From contig NC_092671.1 of NCBI RefSeq assembly GCF_964355755.1, forward strand, positions 6,138,001 to 6,202,000: 64,000 bases of DNA. Reading direction: 5' to 3'. The notes beneath the pieces were generated by a model. The model worked only from the letters and a program-made list of their open reading frames with translations, was not told the origin of the DNA and did no database searches. Numbering within the stretch: the first letter of the stretch is position 1; every line of letters starts with the position of its first letter. Below are positions 11,841 to 25,589 of the stretch, in pieces. The DNA comes from Antedon mediterranea. Lineage: Eukaryota > Animalia > Echinodermata. Made by a program: the position numbers and the translations under genes.

Positions 11841-13858
11841 ATGTGGGGAAAAGTAAGTCTACTTAAAAACCTGTTTTATTTCCTAACGTGTACATTTAAA
11901 CATTATTTGACGTTTTAATTGAATAATTTTTTGTTTGTTAAACTCTCATTCTAGCCTAGGCGTAGCTAGCTATATACCTAGGTAGGGCCAGGCCTTCTTA
12001 GACTAGGCCTAGTACTCAGACTTAGTTAGCCAGGCCTATTATAGATTAGACTAGTAGTAGAGAGATAACCTCTACACTTCCCCACAGCCGGCCAATCGGT
12101 TATCCGGACCCGTCCTTTTCTTAGGCCTAGGGATTTTTGATTATAGGTGATATAATCATTATATAGTATTTTTATTAGATAATCTCTTATTTATAAATAT
12201 ATTATGAAATTGCAAAATTCTTTTTTCATTTACCTCATTCTTTACATTTGTCCAAATCATCCCAATATTAATAATATAATACTAGACTAGGCCTAGTATT
12301 TGTTTCCAAATATTTTAAATTTTAGAATGTGAAATCTGCTAACAGTTGGGAGACAGCTGATCTGGGAGATGATGCAAGACGTGATAAATTCCTCCGGTTA
12401 ATGGGGGCTAAAAAAAAGGTACATTAATAACATGATTAATTCAACAAACAGACATCAAACAACTGCTATATGGAGAAACAAATGAATTATGATTTATTAT
12501 AACTAAAATGAAAAATAAATTTTGATATCATTAATTCATGAATGTATCTTTCCTTCCATAGAGCACTGGAACTGCACAACAGTCGGAACCAGCTAAGCAT
12601 ACAAGAACAGGTATTAGTGATCAATGAAATAGGGATGATATACATTCACCTGTGACCTCTCCCTACATCCAGCACCCTTTGACCTCTCTATATATCACCC
12701 TGTAACCTCTCCACCCAGCATGCTGTGACCTCTGCACTCAGCAACCTGTGACCTCTCCACCTAGCATCCCTTGACTTCTCCATCCAGCACCATGTGACTT
12801 TTCCATCCAGCACCATGTGACCGCTCCACCCAGCACCCTGTGACCTTTCCACTCACCACCCTGTGACCTCTCCACTCACCACCATGTGACCTCTCCACCC
12901 AGCAACCTTTGACTTCTCCACCTAGTACCCTGTGACCTCTCCACTTAGTCATGTGATTGTAAAGTCTTATTGAATACAATTAGTGTAACTATTATCTAAA
13001 TTAAAAAATATTTATTTTTCTCTCTTCAGAGGATGAAGAAAAGAAAATGCAGACAGAATTAGAGAGTCAGTTTCAAAACAGTCTTGACGCTAAATTAGCT
13101 GGACGAAGTAGAAGACGTGTTGGGTTTGGTTTCCAAGAGGAAGAAGAGGAGGACATAAAAAAGAAAAAAGAGCTTGTGAAGCCTGAAGGAAAACACACAC
13201 GTTTTGACTCAGATGATGAAGATGATGACAATGATGATAAAAAAGAAGATGGTAAAGTACAACAAATTAACGAATATAAGAACAGAAGTGAATCTGATGA
13301 AGAATCGGAAAGTGAAGGGAAAAAGAGAAGAAATTTGGAAAAGCGCAAAAAACGGCAACATTCAAGTGAAGGTATAATACATAAGTTTTTGGTAAAATTA
13401 AACAAAAATTAACATCCATTTCATATCCACAGGGTTTAAAATTATAAAACCATAACGCATCCCACGTACTATTTTTAAAACCCTTTATATGATTACTGCT
13501 TATTTTTTTAAAATTATTTTTAATTCTGAAATTACTAGAAGAAGAAAGTAGGAGGTCAGAGAAGAAAAGAGAAAGGTTATATACATTGCAAGAAGATGAT
13601 AGAGAACTCAGCAGTAAGAAGAAAAAGGATAGAAAATCGTCAAGTGATAGCGAGACGGAGAAATTATCAAGTCACTCATCAAAGAAGAAAAAGAAAAAGG
13701 ATAGAAAGTCGTCCAGTGATAGTGAGACGGAGAAATTATCAAGTCACTCATCAAAGAAAAAAAAGAAAAAGGATAGAAAGTCGTCCAGTGATAGCGGGAC
13801 GGAGAAATTATCAAGTCACTCATCAAAGAAGAAAACGAAACACAAAACGGATAAATGA
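11841..13858 (+). CDS. C11orf58: Small acidic protein (SMAP / C11orf58-like), ~271 aa, with a Lys/Ser-rich repeat C-terminus
   Basis: Exons 11841-11852 (MWGK), 12326-12418, 12562-12610, 13030-13371 and 13539-13858; all introns GT-AG and phase-consistent. The translation contains [27 protein letters not shown] and EDEEKKMQTELESQFQNSLDAKLAGRSRRRVGFGF followed by an acidic tract, matching the SMAP domain of human C11orf58 ([21 protein letters not shown]). The first exon is the least certain. Confidence 0.88.
12645..12945. repeat. Intronic C-rich minisatellite, ~23-bp unit (CCCTGTGACCTCTCCACCCAGCA)
   Basis: Degenerate tandem copies in an intron of the SMAP-like gene; source of spurious ORF 12761-12979. 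Confidence 0.85.
13616..13835 (+). repeat. Coding tandem repeat, ~70-bp unit encoding KKKK(K)DRKSSSDSETEKLSSHSS, 3 copies plus a partial copy
   Basis: Near-identical units in the last coding exon. Confidence 0.9.
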
Positions 13859-13899
13859 AAACAAATTAGGGTAGATGAAAGGTCTCAACTGAAGTTAGA

Positions 13900-14018
13900 T
13901 ATTATCCCACTAGGATGAAGTGAATTGACCAATCACAAGCGATGTATCATTCAAACTGCTGCTTGTCGTTGGTCAAATTGCTTGTGTTGCATAGCGTCTC
14001 TAGTGGGAACCACCCTTA
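13900..14018. mobile_element. Degenerate MITE-like inverted repeat just downstream of the SMAP-like stop codon
   Basis: Outer IR TCCCACTAG...CTAGTGGGA and inner IR TTGACCAATCACAAGC...GCTTGTCGTTGGTCAA. Confidence 0.55.
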
Positions 14019-16034
14019 ACATTGAATGTTTATATGGAAAGTGTCACCAGGGAATACAGTTTTCTCATGGTTTGAATTTGCTTAGTTAATGAACTTTTCA
14101 TATTCAACATTGATTGTAATATTTTTAAAAAAACTGCTACAATTGTTTTTTTAATGAACTTTTAATTTAACTGAGAACCATACATTTTCAATAAGCTAGT
14201 AAAGAATTAATTGTTCATGTCATGTGTTTAATTTGTTGTCTCTATGTCTCAGCAAATCTTTGATAGTTTTTTGAGCAAAAACGTTTGACTGAAAACATGA
14301 TTCAAACCCAGAAATAAGGTATAACATAAAATATAACATGATAAAATAAAGGAAATTAATTTAATGAGGACATACTAGAAATAAATATTTTAGAACTTGC
14401 CTTATATTAATTACCTTTTTTCAAAGCAAACACATTTGTATGATATTGTGCAATTTATGCAGGGCGCCCTCAACCACAAATAAGAAACGTACGTATATAA
14501 TAAGTACACAAACAAATTGAACGAAAAAATGTTATAAATAATGAATTTGTATAGGGATTTTAACTAACCTGCGGTAAAAGTGGATTGTGAGGTAATAATT
14601 TGGGATCCATCCATAATTTGTTAAATTTATAGTTATTCCGATTGAATTGTAGTAAGTTAGTGGGTTGGCCTCCCGGCCCCTTATTTCAATTTCGGATTTC
14701 GCGGCGGAGGACATCTGCTGATTACATAATTACAGTATCTGACAGTTTTCGAAGTCATTCTGCATCCATGCTGTTGATAAGATTAAAAATTACTGTAAAA
14801 ACATAAACCCACACATAAGCTGCATCGTCGAAATCTGAAAGGGTAAATTCAATTTTAATTGTTTATAAAAATGCATTTTAGTTGTAATTATTTAAGTTTC
14901 TAATGCTAGCCTAGGTCAGAACAAGCTAGGCTAGGCTTTGTAGTATCTGCTACGATCGATTTGCTGTTGAACTCAAGGCATTTTTCGATTCTTCCCGGCT
15001 GTTGTTTTCCTACACACTGATGTTACATCAGGCCTAGTCCTACTAGGCCTAGTCCTAGATTACCTAGGTACATGTTAATCAATCTTATTAAATAATATTA
15101 ATTTAGACAAATGTATTTAAATCAAATCTCTGTTTTATTGTTAATTAAATTAAATAATGTTTTAACGTGGTTCATCTGTAAAATACCTTGGTAGGGACTG
15201 GCATATATTTTTCAATTTATCTTTCTGCATTTGAATAGTGTTCAGTTTGAAAGAGTATGTAATCGTAAGCATTTTAAACTTTAAATCAACAAAATTGATT
15301 GAGTATTTCGAAAGTTATGAATAAAATAAGGTGTAAAAATTTGGCACCATCACTATCCTTTGTTTACATAGGAATCCCCACCCCGCGTTTGTGACCTTGT
15401 ACACAAATAGTCACTGGGTGAAAATACTACTAAAACACATATAAATACATTTTATGAACATATTTTTAATTAGAAAGTTGATGGTGACAAATATATATTT
15501 GCATAATACCACATTTTGTTTGGAAATTGTGTCAAAATCACAAAAATAAGATAGAAAGTACTTATTTTATGTTTACCCTCTCCCCGGACTGCGCGAATGT
15601 CCCGGAGGAATACCCCCACCTCAGCCAGGCTGTGTGATGATGTCATCAGGCACTTCGCGGCCTAGAATTGCTTACTCACCTAGCATCAGGTGATTAAAAA
15701 CCTTTTGTGATCCAATATAGGTGATATTTATGTAAAACCAAAGGCGTACACTGTTAAAATATAAATATATCTAAAATATATAAGCAAAATCCCAAAATAT
15801 TAGGCATGTTTTCGATTTTTTCTGATTTTACTAACATTTCGAGCCCAAAATAAAATGTCATCGCGAAGACATGTGGGCAAAGGAATTTCAAATTTTTCAT
15901 CGGAATTTTCCGGAAAAGATCGTACAGTCATTCGTTTTTTCTGAATAGCCAATCAGAGTTCGTAAATTCATGCGCAAGTTGACCCCTTTTTAACAGGTTA
16001 AGGGTCACACTTGTCTATTCCCTAAAGATGTCTG

Positions 16035-16048
16035 CTGCCCTCTAGCGG
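16035..16048 (-). promoter_or_regulatory. CTCF-like motif
   Basis: Reverse complement CCGCTAGAGGGCAG matches the CTCF core consensus; motif match only. Confidence 0.35.
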
Positions 16049-16061
16049 TTTTGCTAGTAGC

Positions 16062-16752
16062 TAACCTTGGTGATAATATCGACGACCAGCTATCTTTCAA
16101 GAACCACATACGTGATAAATGCAGAACGATAGCTGTTAATTTATACTATATTCGTCAAATCCGCAAATTTCTCTCCAAGGACCTTTGCCAACAACTAGTT
16201 CAATCGCTCGTGCTGTCACATATTGATTACGCCAATGCATTGTATTATGGTCTACCTGCTAATACCCTTGCTCCAATGAAGAGGTTACTGCACCAAGCTG
16301 CGAAAATAATTGTCAGGAAAGGTCGGTATGACAGTGCAACTAACGCCATGCGATCCTTGCACTGGCTTCCGATGTCTCATAGATGTCAATTCAAAATAGC
16401 GTGTCTTGTATGGCGTTCGCTTAAAGGTTCCGCTCCAAGTTACCTGAGAGATATTCTTACTGTGCGGAATGTTTCTCGCAGTACTCGTTCAAGCACCAGC
16501 AATTATAACCTGACAATCCCACAAACTAAACGAAAGATATTTGCTGACCGTTCGTTCGCCGTAGCAGGACCCAAAATTTGGGACAGATTACCAAGTCACA
16601 TTAAACACTTAGACGACTATAATCAGTTTAAAAAACATTTAAAAGCACTATATTTCAAACAATGTTACGATACAAATTGATGTGAAGCGCCGCTGATTAT
16701 AATTAAATGTTGTATAAATGTGCGCTATACAAGTAATAATAATAATAATAAT
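16062..16752 (+). mobile_element. 5'-truncated L2-clade LINE (C-terminal part of reverse transcriptase ORF2 plus 3' UTR)
   Basis: ORF 16051-16680 has L2/CR1 ORF2 motifs: NLG..IDDQLSFKNHI, LVLSHIDYANALYYGLP, LHWLP, RSFAVAGPKIWDRLP, FKKHLK. The 3' UTR GTGAAGCGC...GCGCTATACAAG ends in (TAA)n. Confidence 0.92.
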
Positions 16753-17078
16753 GTTTTCCCACTGCCCCCACCCCCACCCCCCCTCATCTCACGACATGGT
16801 CCAACTTCCTCCCTGGCATAGGCCACACAAATTTAATGTATTTTTTAAGAAGTCTAATAATTTTGTTAATAATAAATGTTTATATTTTTACTAGTATTTT
16901 ACCGGATCGTCCAAATAATTTGGCCAGGTCACTACATTATTCAGTCTTCTCTTGTGTGAATGGGTCATTTAGAGTGTTTATAGGTTTTGTCATGGAGCTA
17001 CATTTTAACAATCTACGTTGTTGTTGCTAGTGTTCGTATGGTAGACCAGAATTGTGATCTGTATTTATTATGTTCTTA

Positions 17079-17166
17079 AGGGTCTTTCCCACCTGTTCCG
17101 GCACGGTTCCGGTCCGGTGAATCGAACATCAATGTTTCGTTTTCACGCGGCTATGCGAAAGACCCT
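17079..17166. mobile_element. Short Harbinger-type MITE, family B
   Basis: TIR AGGGTCTTTC...GAAAGACCCT with TTA on both flanks; 88 bp. Confidence 0.7.
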
Positions 17167-18207
17167 TTAAGCAAATTATTTATGCAATTTGAAATTGCAA
17201 ATTACAGTATACATAATACACACAGTATTTTGTTTTTCTTCATACTCAAGAAACCACACAAATATGCCATGTACAAATAATTGCAGTCTAAACTTTGATT
17301 AGAAGTTTGATCTCATTTTGATGATGGATCAAAACTGTATAGTGACCATTAGATGCTGAAGGTTGCGTGATAGTAATGTTAGTCATTGTTGACCTCAAGT
17401 CCTTGTTAATTGCAAACAAATCAAAGTGCCTATTTGAATAAGAATTATTATTGAATAAACTTGGGAATAATGTACATAATTATCTACTTGAATGTTTATA
17501 GTAGCTTTGCCTATTAATTATCGTTATCACCTTGAAAACAATCTATACTCACTCCACTTGTAGGGTTATGATTTTATTAAACCTGTGATAAATAGGCCTT
17601 GGTAATAATATACAGTACTAGTGTTAACTGTTTTTGCTACTGTATACAAGACCACTGTGCAAGGTTTTACTAGCCCACAGTCTCTACTGTATTGTACATA
17701 TTAGAGATGTGGGTAATTTTTACCTGGACACATTTTCCATAGCAATTTTAAGTTAACCTAGCAAATTATACATGTGTGTAAATGGTGGTCAATGCAGCTG
17801 TGAGTGCGATACACATGGTTTTAGAGGTAGTCGTATAAATTATTATTAGGGATTATAAACTATAAATTATTTTTGTGCTTTTAAACGCGCATCTTTCAAG
17901 ATCACTAGGTTAGCCCAATGTGGTCCAATATGCCCTCCCTGTTTTGAAGAGAAAATGATTGATAGTGATATTCTTTAAACTCGTAATTTAACCATGCTAT
18001 ATCTTGAGACAATTTTATACATTATAACCAAGCCATTTGTAAAATTATTTATAAGAAAAGAAAGCTTCTTATAGGCTGCCTTTTTCCTATAGGAATAATT
18101 TCACTCTGTAGTGTTACACAGGTAGTGGCAGGTTTCCCAACTTTTGAATGTGACTGAAAATAAATCAATTGAATTGAAGATGTATCATTTAAAAAAAACA
18201 ATCTTAA

Positions 18208-18833
18208 AGACCCCTTCCCTGCAATTTTGGACGTTTTTTGGAAAATAATACATATATATCACTTTAAAAACATTAAACCATGTCATTCCTTGTCTTAAAT
18301 GTACGTTTTATGGTAAATTATGATAAAAAGTGAGAAACAATGCACTACCTAAGTAGCTCGCGGCGATCGACCTCTCGTGGACGGTCTTAGGCCTAGCCTA
18401 GCTAGGCTTAGTTTTGTAGGCCTAGCTGGTAAACATCGATAACGTACGAACATCGTACGCTAGCTATATACCTAGCCTGACGTTGTATAGTTGCTGCATT
18501 AATTGTCTTTCTATTTTTGCCAGACTCCGTTGATACAAATTGGGGAAAACCCGGTATTTTCGCTGAAAAGTTAGGAGTCTTCCATTTGTTTTGGCTTCAC
18601 GATCGATCGAAAAGTGGGCGAATTACAGGTGAAAAACAAAACTATCAATCCGCGCGCAATGCATTTTGGGATTTATAGCGGGCCGCTATAATTATTAAAA
18701 TCGATTTATTTTTCACATTTTTAACCGTTTAAAGACGAAAAAAGTTATCGCAATAGGACCATATAGTATTATTTTTACATTAAATATAGTTTGTGATCTT
18801 AAATTAGATCTAAAAAACGTAGGGAATGGGGCT
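18208..18833 (+). mobile_element. Non-autonomous DNA transposon with TTAA TSD, Kolobok-like (copy 1)
   Basis: TTAA|AGACCCCTTCCCTGC...GTAGGGAATGGGGCT|TTAA. Imperfect TIRs with AG..CT termini and a TTAA target fit Kolobok rather than piggyBac (CCC..GGG). Near-identical copy at 41976-42595. Confidence 0.82.
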
Positions 18834-18841
18834 TTAAGGAC

Positions 18842-19000
18842 TAAAGCTCTGTCAACACTATCAAACTTTTATGTGACAATAAAATGTGATGTGCCCATAT
18901 ACAGTATGGACATGATGATGTCATGTCACTACCATATTTGGGCATATCACTACCATAATAGGCACATCATACTTTTTTTGTTGAGCTAGTTTGATAGTGC
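18842..19000 (-). mobile_element. MITE family A (reverse orientation) carrying a CAGTA insertion
   Basis: Left TIR and family body present; right TIR eroded. Confidence 0.85.
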
Positions 19001-20102
19001 ACTGTATGGAAGGGTTTGCAAGCAATACTTTAAAGGAGTCCCCTGATATTGATAAAGGTTGGCAGCACATGGTATAATGTTATGTAGCATTCAAAGAATG
19101 TTGTGTCAAAGGTCGTTAACGTTGTTCAGATGTGCATGCTTCTTATATATTCATAGCAATAATTTAAACAAGCATGATTCTGTAATACAGTACATTCATA
19201 TATATACCACATTTCTTGAACTTCAATAAATCAATGCCACAAAAATAGAGCGACCGACATTAGTATAAAATTAAACTAAACTTGTTTCTGAGTATTATTA
19301 GCAATCAGTAAATTGTGTCCTCTGTGGATGATTATGATTGCAAGTTTACAAAATGTAATTTATATTTTTCGGTTTATATCATAATCGACAAATATATTTC
19401 TTATACAGTATTAACAAAATTAGTTTGGAATATAAAATTGGAAGGCAAAATTAGAACACATACGACAAATAAAAGCAAAAACCAAATTTTAATACCATCA
19501 CTAATTACCATGCAATTATTATCATAAAAATAGTCCTTGGTTTATTATGTCAATCAATGTCTGGTACAGAGGTATTGTAGTAGATTTGAAAGCAAAATTT
19601 TGACATTTTAGGCAAGACGCACATTTTTATGTCCCCTCCCCTTGTAAGTATATGTGCCAGGTTTTTTTTACATCCTCCTCGCTACTATATTGGTAATACA
19701 GTATAAAATTCCAATTACTAACATATATGTGAATTTAAAAGCTACTGGAAATCATTATTTAGATTATGAAATAAATTAATACAAATATTCATTTATTATA
19801 CTACTAACTGTTAAGCATTCTGTATAGTACTGTACATTAGATGTCATTTGTGGCATTCTTCAACGAGCTGACAATAAAATCAATAACATACATGCCACGA
19901 TGATGCTAATGAAAAAAATAATGTAAATTATGCTCACTTGTAGCAATTATTTATGCAGATATACCGTTAGTAGTGCCATGAAGAAAATTAATGTCCTACA
20001 TAATATTTTGAAACTATAAAAAGTATGAAAGTATAGTATGATAGTGATACACATATTAAACAATGATTGCGGTAACACGTATGTAGTTCAATAAGAACGG
20101 TC

Positions 20103-20270
20103 TAAAGCTCTGTCTATAGTATCAAACTAGTTTGAAAAAAAAGTGTGATGTGCCCAAATATGGTAGTGATATGCCCAAATATAGTAGTGATATGACATCA
20201 TCCTGTCCATATATGGGCACATCACATTTTTTGGTCACATAAAGTTTCATATAGTGTAGACCGAGCTTTA
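20103..20270 (+). mobile_element. MITE family A, full length
   Basis: Both TIRs and family body. Confidence 0.9.
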
Positions 20271-21451
20271 TAATAATATTTCTGCATGATTCAACTGTAA
20301 ATATTATGAGTGATATTGCCAAAATACTATGTTAAAGGGGTGTAAATAAAGGACCAAAATATGAGTAATTAATAAGCAGTCAAAACATTTTGCATGGAAA
20401 TCGTATATCTGGATATTTTATGTATTTTTTTTAAAACTATCTCTTTTTTTCCTTCCATGATTTGTTGTGCATTGTCAAATACAGTATGTGAAAATATTTG
20501 GAAAGTGCTCCCTCTATAATTGCTTTAGACCCTACCACTGGCATATCAAATGTATGTTGAAAAGGATCATACAATGTAAGAAAGAAATTACCGTAATAGT
20601 AATTTGAGGGCAAGAAAAAAGTCTCTCATAGTCATGTGAGATTTAATTGAGGAGCGAGAAAGTAGCACTTGGTGTCTCACACTGTGATATGAGTTTGAAC
20701 TTCCACCAGAATTATGTACATAGATTGAGTCTTACTGAAACTGAACATTTTAATTGGATCAATAAACCTTTTTTAATAATTAAAAAACCAGGCTTTAGTT
20801 TCATATAACATTTGTTATATCGTAGTACCAAATTACTGTACTATAAATTCTCTTATCTGAATAAATATAACTAATGTTTAGGCCTACAGCATTTTATATT
20901 GAAAATGAGGCTCTAAACATGCAGATGGCTAAATAATCCATTAGCCCTAAAAACTCAGAAACATTTAAGATATAAAATTCCTTGAGGTGAATGGAGTATT
21001 CTATTGATTTTGATGTTAAAGTACAGTATGTTTTGAAATATAGATGAAACCTACACTGGCAAGCATTAATTTTTTGTTCAGAATAGCAAAATGTTAGTAT
21101 ATATCAGGAAATTATTATTTATGTTGAAACAGAGGCCTGGTAAAGGGAATTTACATTATATACAGTATGTAATAATTGTAGAATTACGTGCTTGATGTGA
21201 AAGGATGAACAGTTACTCCGTTCAAAGACCACTTTTTTCGTGTGTCTACTGTAGTAGTAATCTAACCGATTCTAACTACAGACCAAAACTGACCATAATG
21301 GCAGTCATGGTTCCAATTTATTTATTTTTATCACACCTCCAAACAATATTATGAAATGCTGCACCAAGAGGATATATTTTATAATAGTAAAAAAATGTTG
21401 TTAAATAATTCCTTCAATTCAAGTATTCTTATTGTTATTTTATAATGGCTT

Positions 21452-21528
21452 ATGACATCATCATGTCCATATATGGGCACATCACATTTTTTAGTCACAT
21501 AAAGTTTGATATAGTAGACAGAGCTTTA
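21452..21528 (+). mobile_element. MITE family A, right-half fragment
   Basis: ATGACATCATCATGTCCATATATGGGCAC...GACAGAGCT matches the family. Confidence 0.8.
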
Positions 21529-24500
21529 TGCTTAGCAAACCAGCTTCAGGAGGCCAGTAATTTCAGATTTGTATTTTGTTTGTTTGATAGGAGGCCTGCT
21601 GTACCCTTTTGACTACAAGTTTTGATTACCATTTAAAAATCAATGTTTATTATAAATAAAATACTAATAATATAGTATAAGAATCAACCTTTAATTAATT
21701 GAGCACTGAGAGAGGACACAACTTTAAAATCTTGTGGTATTTTCATTTGATATTTGTTTCATAAATCACCAACTGGGATGTGAACAGATGTCAAGACTCC
21801 TGATTGGTATCTTTGTGTGTAAACACACAGTAACACACAGTTGCAAGTCCATTTAATGATTAGATTCTATCTAATAAAAACACTGACCTGGTACGTTATG
21901 TTTTTCAATAGCTCCTCTTTACACCAATATTATGATCATTAATTACTTAAAAGATTCAAATTAATTAAGGCTCTCCTACCTCTTATCATATTAATACTAT
22001 TGCACACAGTCGAAGAAGTTGAACCACATACTGTACCAGAAAGAAAAAATATAATTTATCAAAATATAGAAACTATATGACTTTGATGGTTTTCATTTTT
22101 TTTTATATCTGTTTTAACTACATACAGTAATTGTTTGCTCCCAATATTTTAAAATTTTAATATCCTTTTTTTCTTTCATTCGTCTATGCTTATCATTGCA
22201 ATCTATTCTGAACTAGTTAAAAAAGTCATTGACTGCGGGTAAAAATTAATAAAAATAATTCATGAATCTTAGAGAAGGAATTTAATTAGAAAAGTAAATG
22301 AAGACAAGATATGATGATGACAAGCTAAGCAATTAGCAGCTGAGAAGAAAGATTATGAGAAAAGCTGTATAAAAGCCTCATAGCGCCATAGAAATACCAT
22401 CAACAGAACGCTGTCTCCTAGATTGCATTACCAATGTAATATCTAGGCACTTATTACATCTATAAATATCACCTGCCGATAGTGAATATATCCTTTAGAA
22501 ATATTTTCTATATTGTCTGTTGTGTTAACATATATTTGTCTTGCGGTCATTCAAGTTGTATTATGTTTTGCTATATTTCTGTCTGTCTGTCTGCGGTTTT
22601 CTGTTTTGTAATTAATCAAAATAATTTGGATCCTACTTTTATGAAACAAGTTTATCTGTCTCCCTCTGGAGTAGTTTGAGACCATCCATGTTTTAGTTGT
22701 ATTTGTATGAATGAACTATTCTAGACTAATAGAGTATGAAACTTTTTAAAGCTAGGTACTCTCACTAGTATGAGACTGAGAGTCTTCCTTTCTTTAGGTG
22801 TTTTGTCTCTTTCAATATGAGTAAAGACACTCATCTAGTGTTTATCAGTATCACCCTTCTGTACCTTGACTGATGATAAAAAACCCACTTAAGTTCTAGG
22901 CAACAATTGCCTAAATTTCCTTAATTAGGTCAAGCATTTTGATTGATCATAGATTTTATTTAAATAAAAACTAGCCATATTCAATATACACACATGCTTA
23001 GAGGCGTTATATAACACTCAACATCATCCATAAGGAAAATTAACTATATATAATATTTTTCTCGAGGGATTATATTATCCAATATAATTACATATGTGTA
23101 CAGTATCTATGTAAATAAAAGAAAGTGATTGGTCAAAATGGCAAAACATTACATTTGGCCTATTGGTCCATGAAAAGTGTTATATTGACTTGTTGGTTAG
23201 ATGTCACTGGAATAACATGTTTGTGGACATTCACTCTCCCTCACTGTAGAATAGCCACACTGCTGTTTTGCTGCTATAGCCTACCATTCAACTTTTCATA
23301 ATTAATTTTGATTGATTATGTCTTGTTAATTATGAACCAAGCAGGGGAATGGTCAAAGAATGAAATGTCACTTTACATGGCTGGTAGGAAAAATTAAGGC
23401 TTGTTAAACAGTTGTGTGATATCTGTCAAATTCTATTTAATATCAATGAATGGTAATCTTAACAAGGTATTTTGTAAAAGACCACCATCTTTTTACCAGT
23501 TGTCTTTTATTTACATACAAAAATGAATAAAGCCGGAGAAGAATAATTTTATTCTTCCCAAATAAAACCACAAAATGAAGAAACATAAAAATATATTAAA
23601 TGTTTTAAAGTTGTCCTGATTGGCTGAAAACATAAGAAACTGGGTTTTTTCACACTAACACTAAAGTTTCCCACAATTTCTAGGGCAGTGTCTACCTACC
23701 CTACCACCAACATAATGGTATAACTATAGTATTATAGTAACCCTTTGTCAACATGCCCACTGTGAGAGTATGTCGGGGTTGTCCGAAAAAACATAATCCA
23801 AGACAATTCTGTACTTGTAAGAATGTAGTTCAATTCTTTTTGGTTTTTAAACTTCCACTAGTTTAAATCCATAGGTATTCATTTTATATCCATGATTTTC
23901 TACTGTAGTTGAAAATTAAATGGAAGAATGAGTAACCTTTTGGACTCTACCACAATACCAGGAGGGATATCGTCCATCCAGCTTTACTCTAGCTTTACTC
24001 TAGTCCCACAAAATGTCTTCAAGATGAAGACATGTGTTAGACAACTACATGTATCTACTTTTCTTAGCTATAGTATACTGTTCCAAGTTAAAAAGTCTTT
24101 CTTTTCAAAAATGAGAAATTGATAAATGGTATTTTGTATAGGCTTGGCATTTAAAATCCTTATTCAACTAGATGTCACACGTAGCTTAGCAACACATGTT
24201 ATTATTCGTAGATTATAAATTAATTTCATTTGATGTTCACACCTGCTTTGAGTATGTCAATGTGAAAATCATGTGGTTGACGAGCGCATCATTAATGCTG
24301 TTCATGTGAATAAAAGTCCATTCTTTATTATACTACTGTAGTAATACAGTAGTATAGAAAATCCATTCTTGAAACAGTTAATGCAATGTTCTCAAAGGCT
24401 TATTATTTATCATAGGCACTGAAACAGCAAAATGGATTGATATAACTCTTTACACACAAATCCTCTAATATAACAATAACAAAATGCACATTTTTCATCT

Positions 24501-25589
24501 AAATCACATTTTGACATTTATTTTATTCATTATATTATTGACAATAGTATATATTTCCTTGACAACTAGAAACAATATGATGTGTCAAGCTGGTTGCTAT
24601 TCAAGAAAAATACAATAGACTAAATCACTACCATAATGTATTTACATGTGGTTGTACTGTATACTTTAGTATAGCACTTATACAGTAGATATTTTTGGAT
24701 TTCAAAAAGGTACCAAACCGAAAAAGTACCTATTGCTTTGCTAACTGTTTGTAATGCGAGTACTGCGTCATTTTGATCCGAATCCTAGTTTTATATTGTG
24801 GACCATACATAATGCCAACTAAAATACTTTAGGAAATTGAAATACTGCCCCCTAGATTTATACATTTACGGTAATGTAATAAGTTAACAGAGTTGTACAT
24901 GAAACTTATTTGGATAGAGCTGTAATTATACAATAACTATGTTGTATGAATTATTTGTGAAATCGTGTAAAGTTCTAATGATTATTAGTGGAAAATAAAT
25001 AATTGTTCATTTAACAATGGTCCTTGAAATTGAAAGAGGAACACCATTATGTAATTATTATAATATTTAAATGTAAAAGGACAATTTATAATGGCATATA
25101 TTTATTCTTTGAATGATCATTTTTTTTATTTAAAGAAATTATGACAAAACAAGGTATGTGCAAATATGTAAGCACTTTCACTAGAAAGGGAGAATTAAAT
25201 TGATCAGATATTGTATTATTAAACTAATTAAATTTCTAAGCCCTATAGATCGCAGATCAAGTTGTCATGATGCAGTGGTTTTAAAACATCAAATGCAAAG
25301 GCATGAAGATAATCCTCCTCGTCTGCAGGTCGATTTAGAATAATCACCTTTGTAAATGAAATGTTGGTTTAGAATGAATATTTTCTGTATCCCAGTATTC
25401 AAGAGATATATTCTGCTAGAAATATATTTTTACATCTGTATAATTATGATTAAGTATAGTACATCAAACAAACAATTTTGTAAAAATTAACAAAATGAAA
25501 TCAAGGTTTACAATTACACATTGCCATCCATGGTAAAATGTAGCATTTGTCAGAGAAATTGTTGAGTAACCAACCAACCTTTCTACAAA

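Noticed and set aside
13073-13874. Antisense and alternative-frame ORFs over the SMAP-like gene
   Set aside because: Shadows of low-complexity coding exons.
15160-16002. CpG-rich segment that may be a transposon ending in GGTTAA
   Set aside because: No matching TIR or second copy found in the window, so boundaries cannot be supported.
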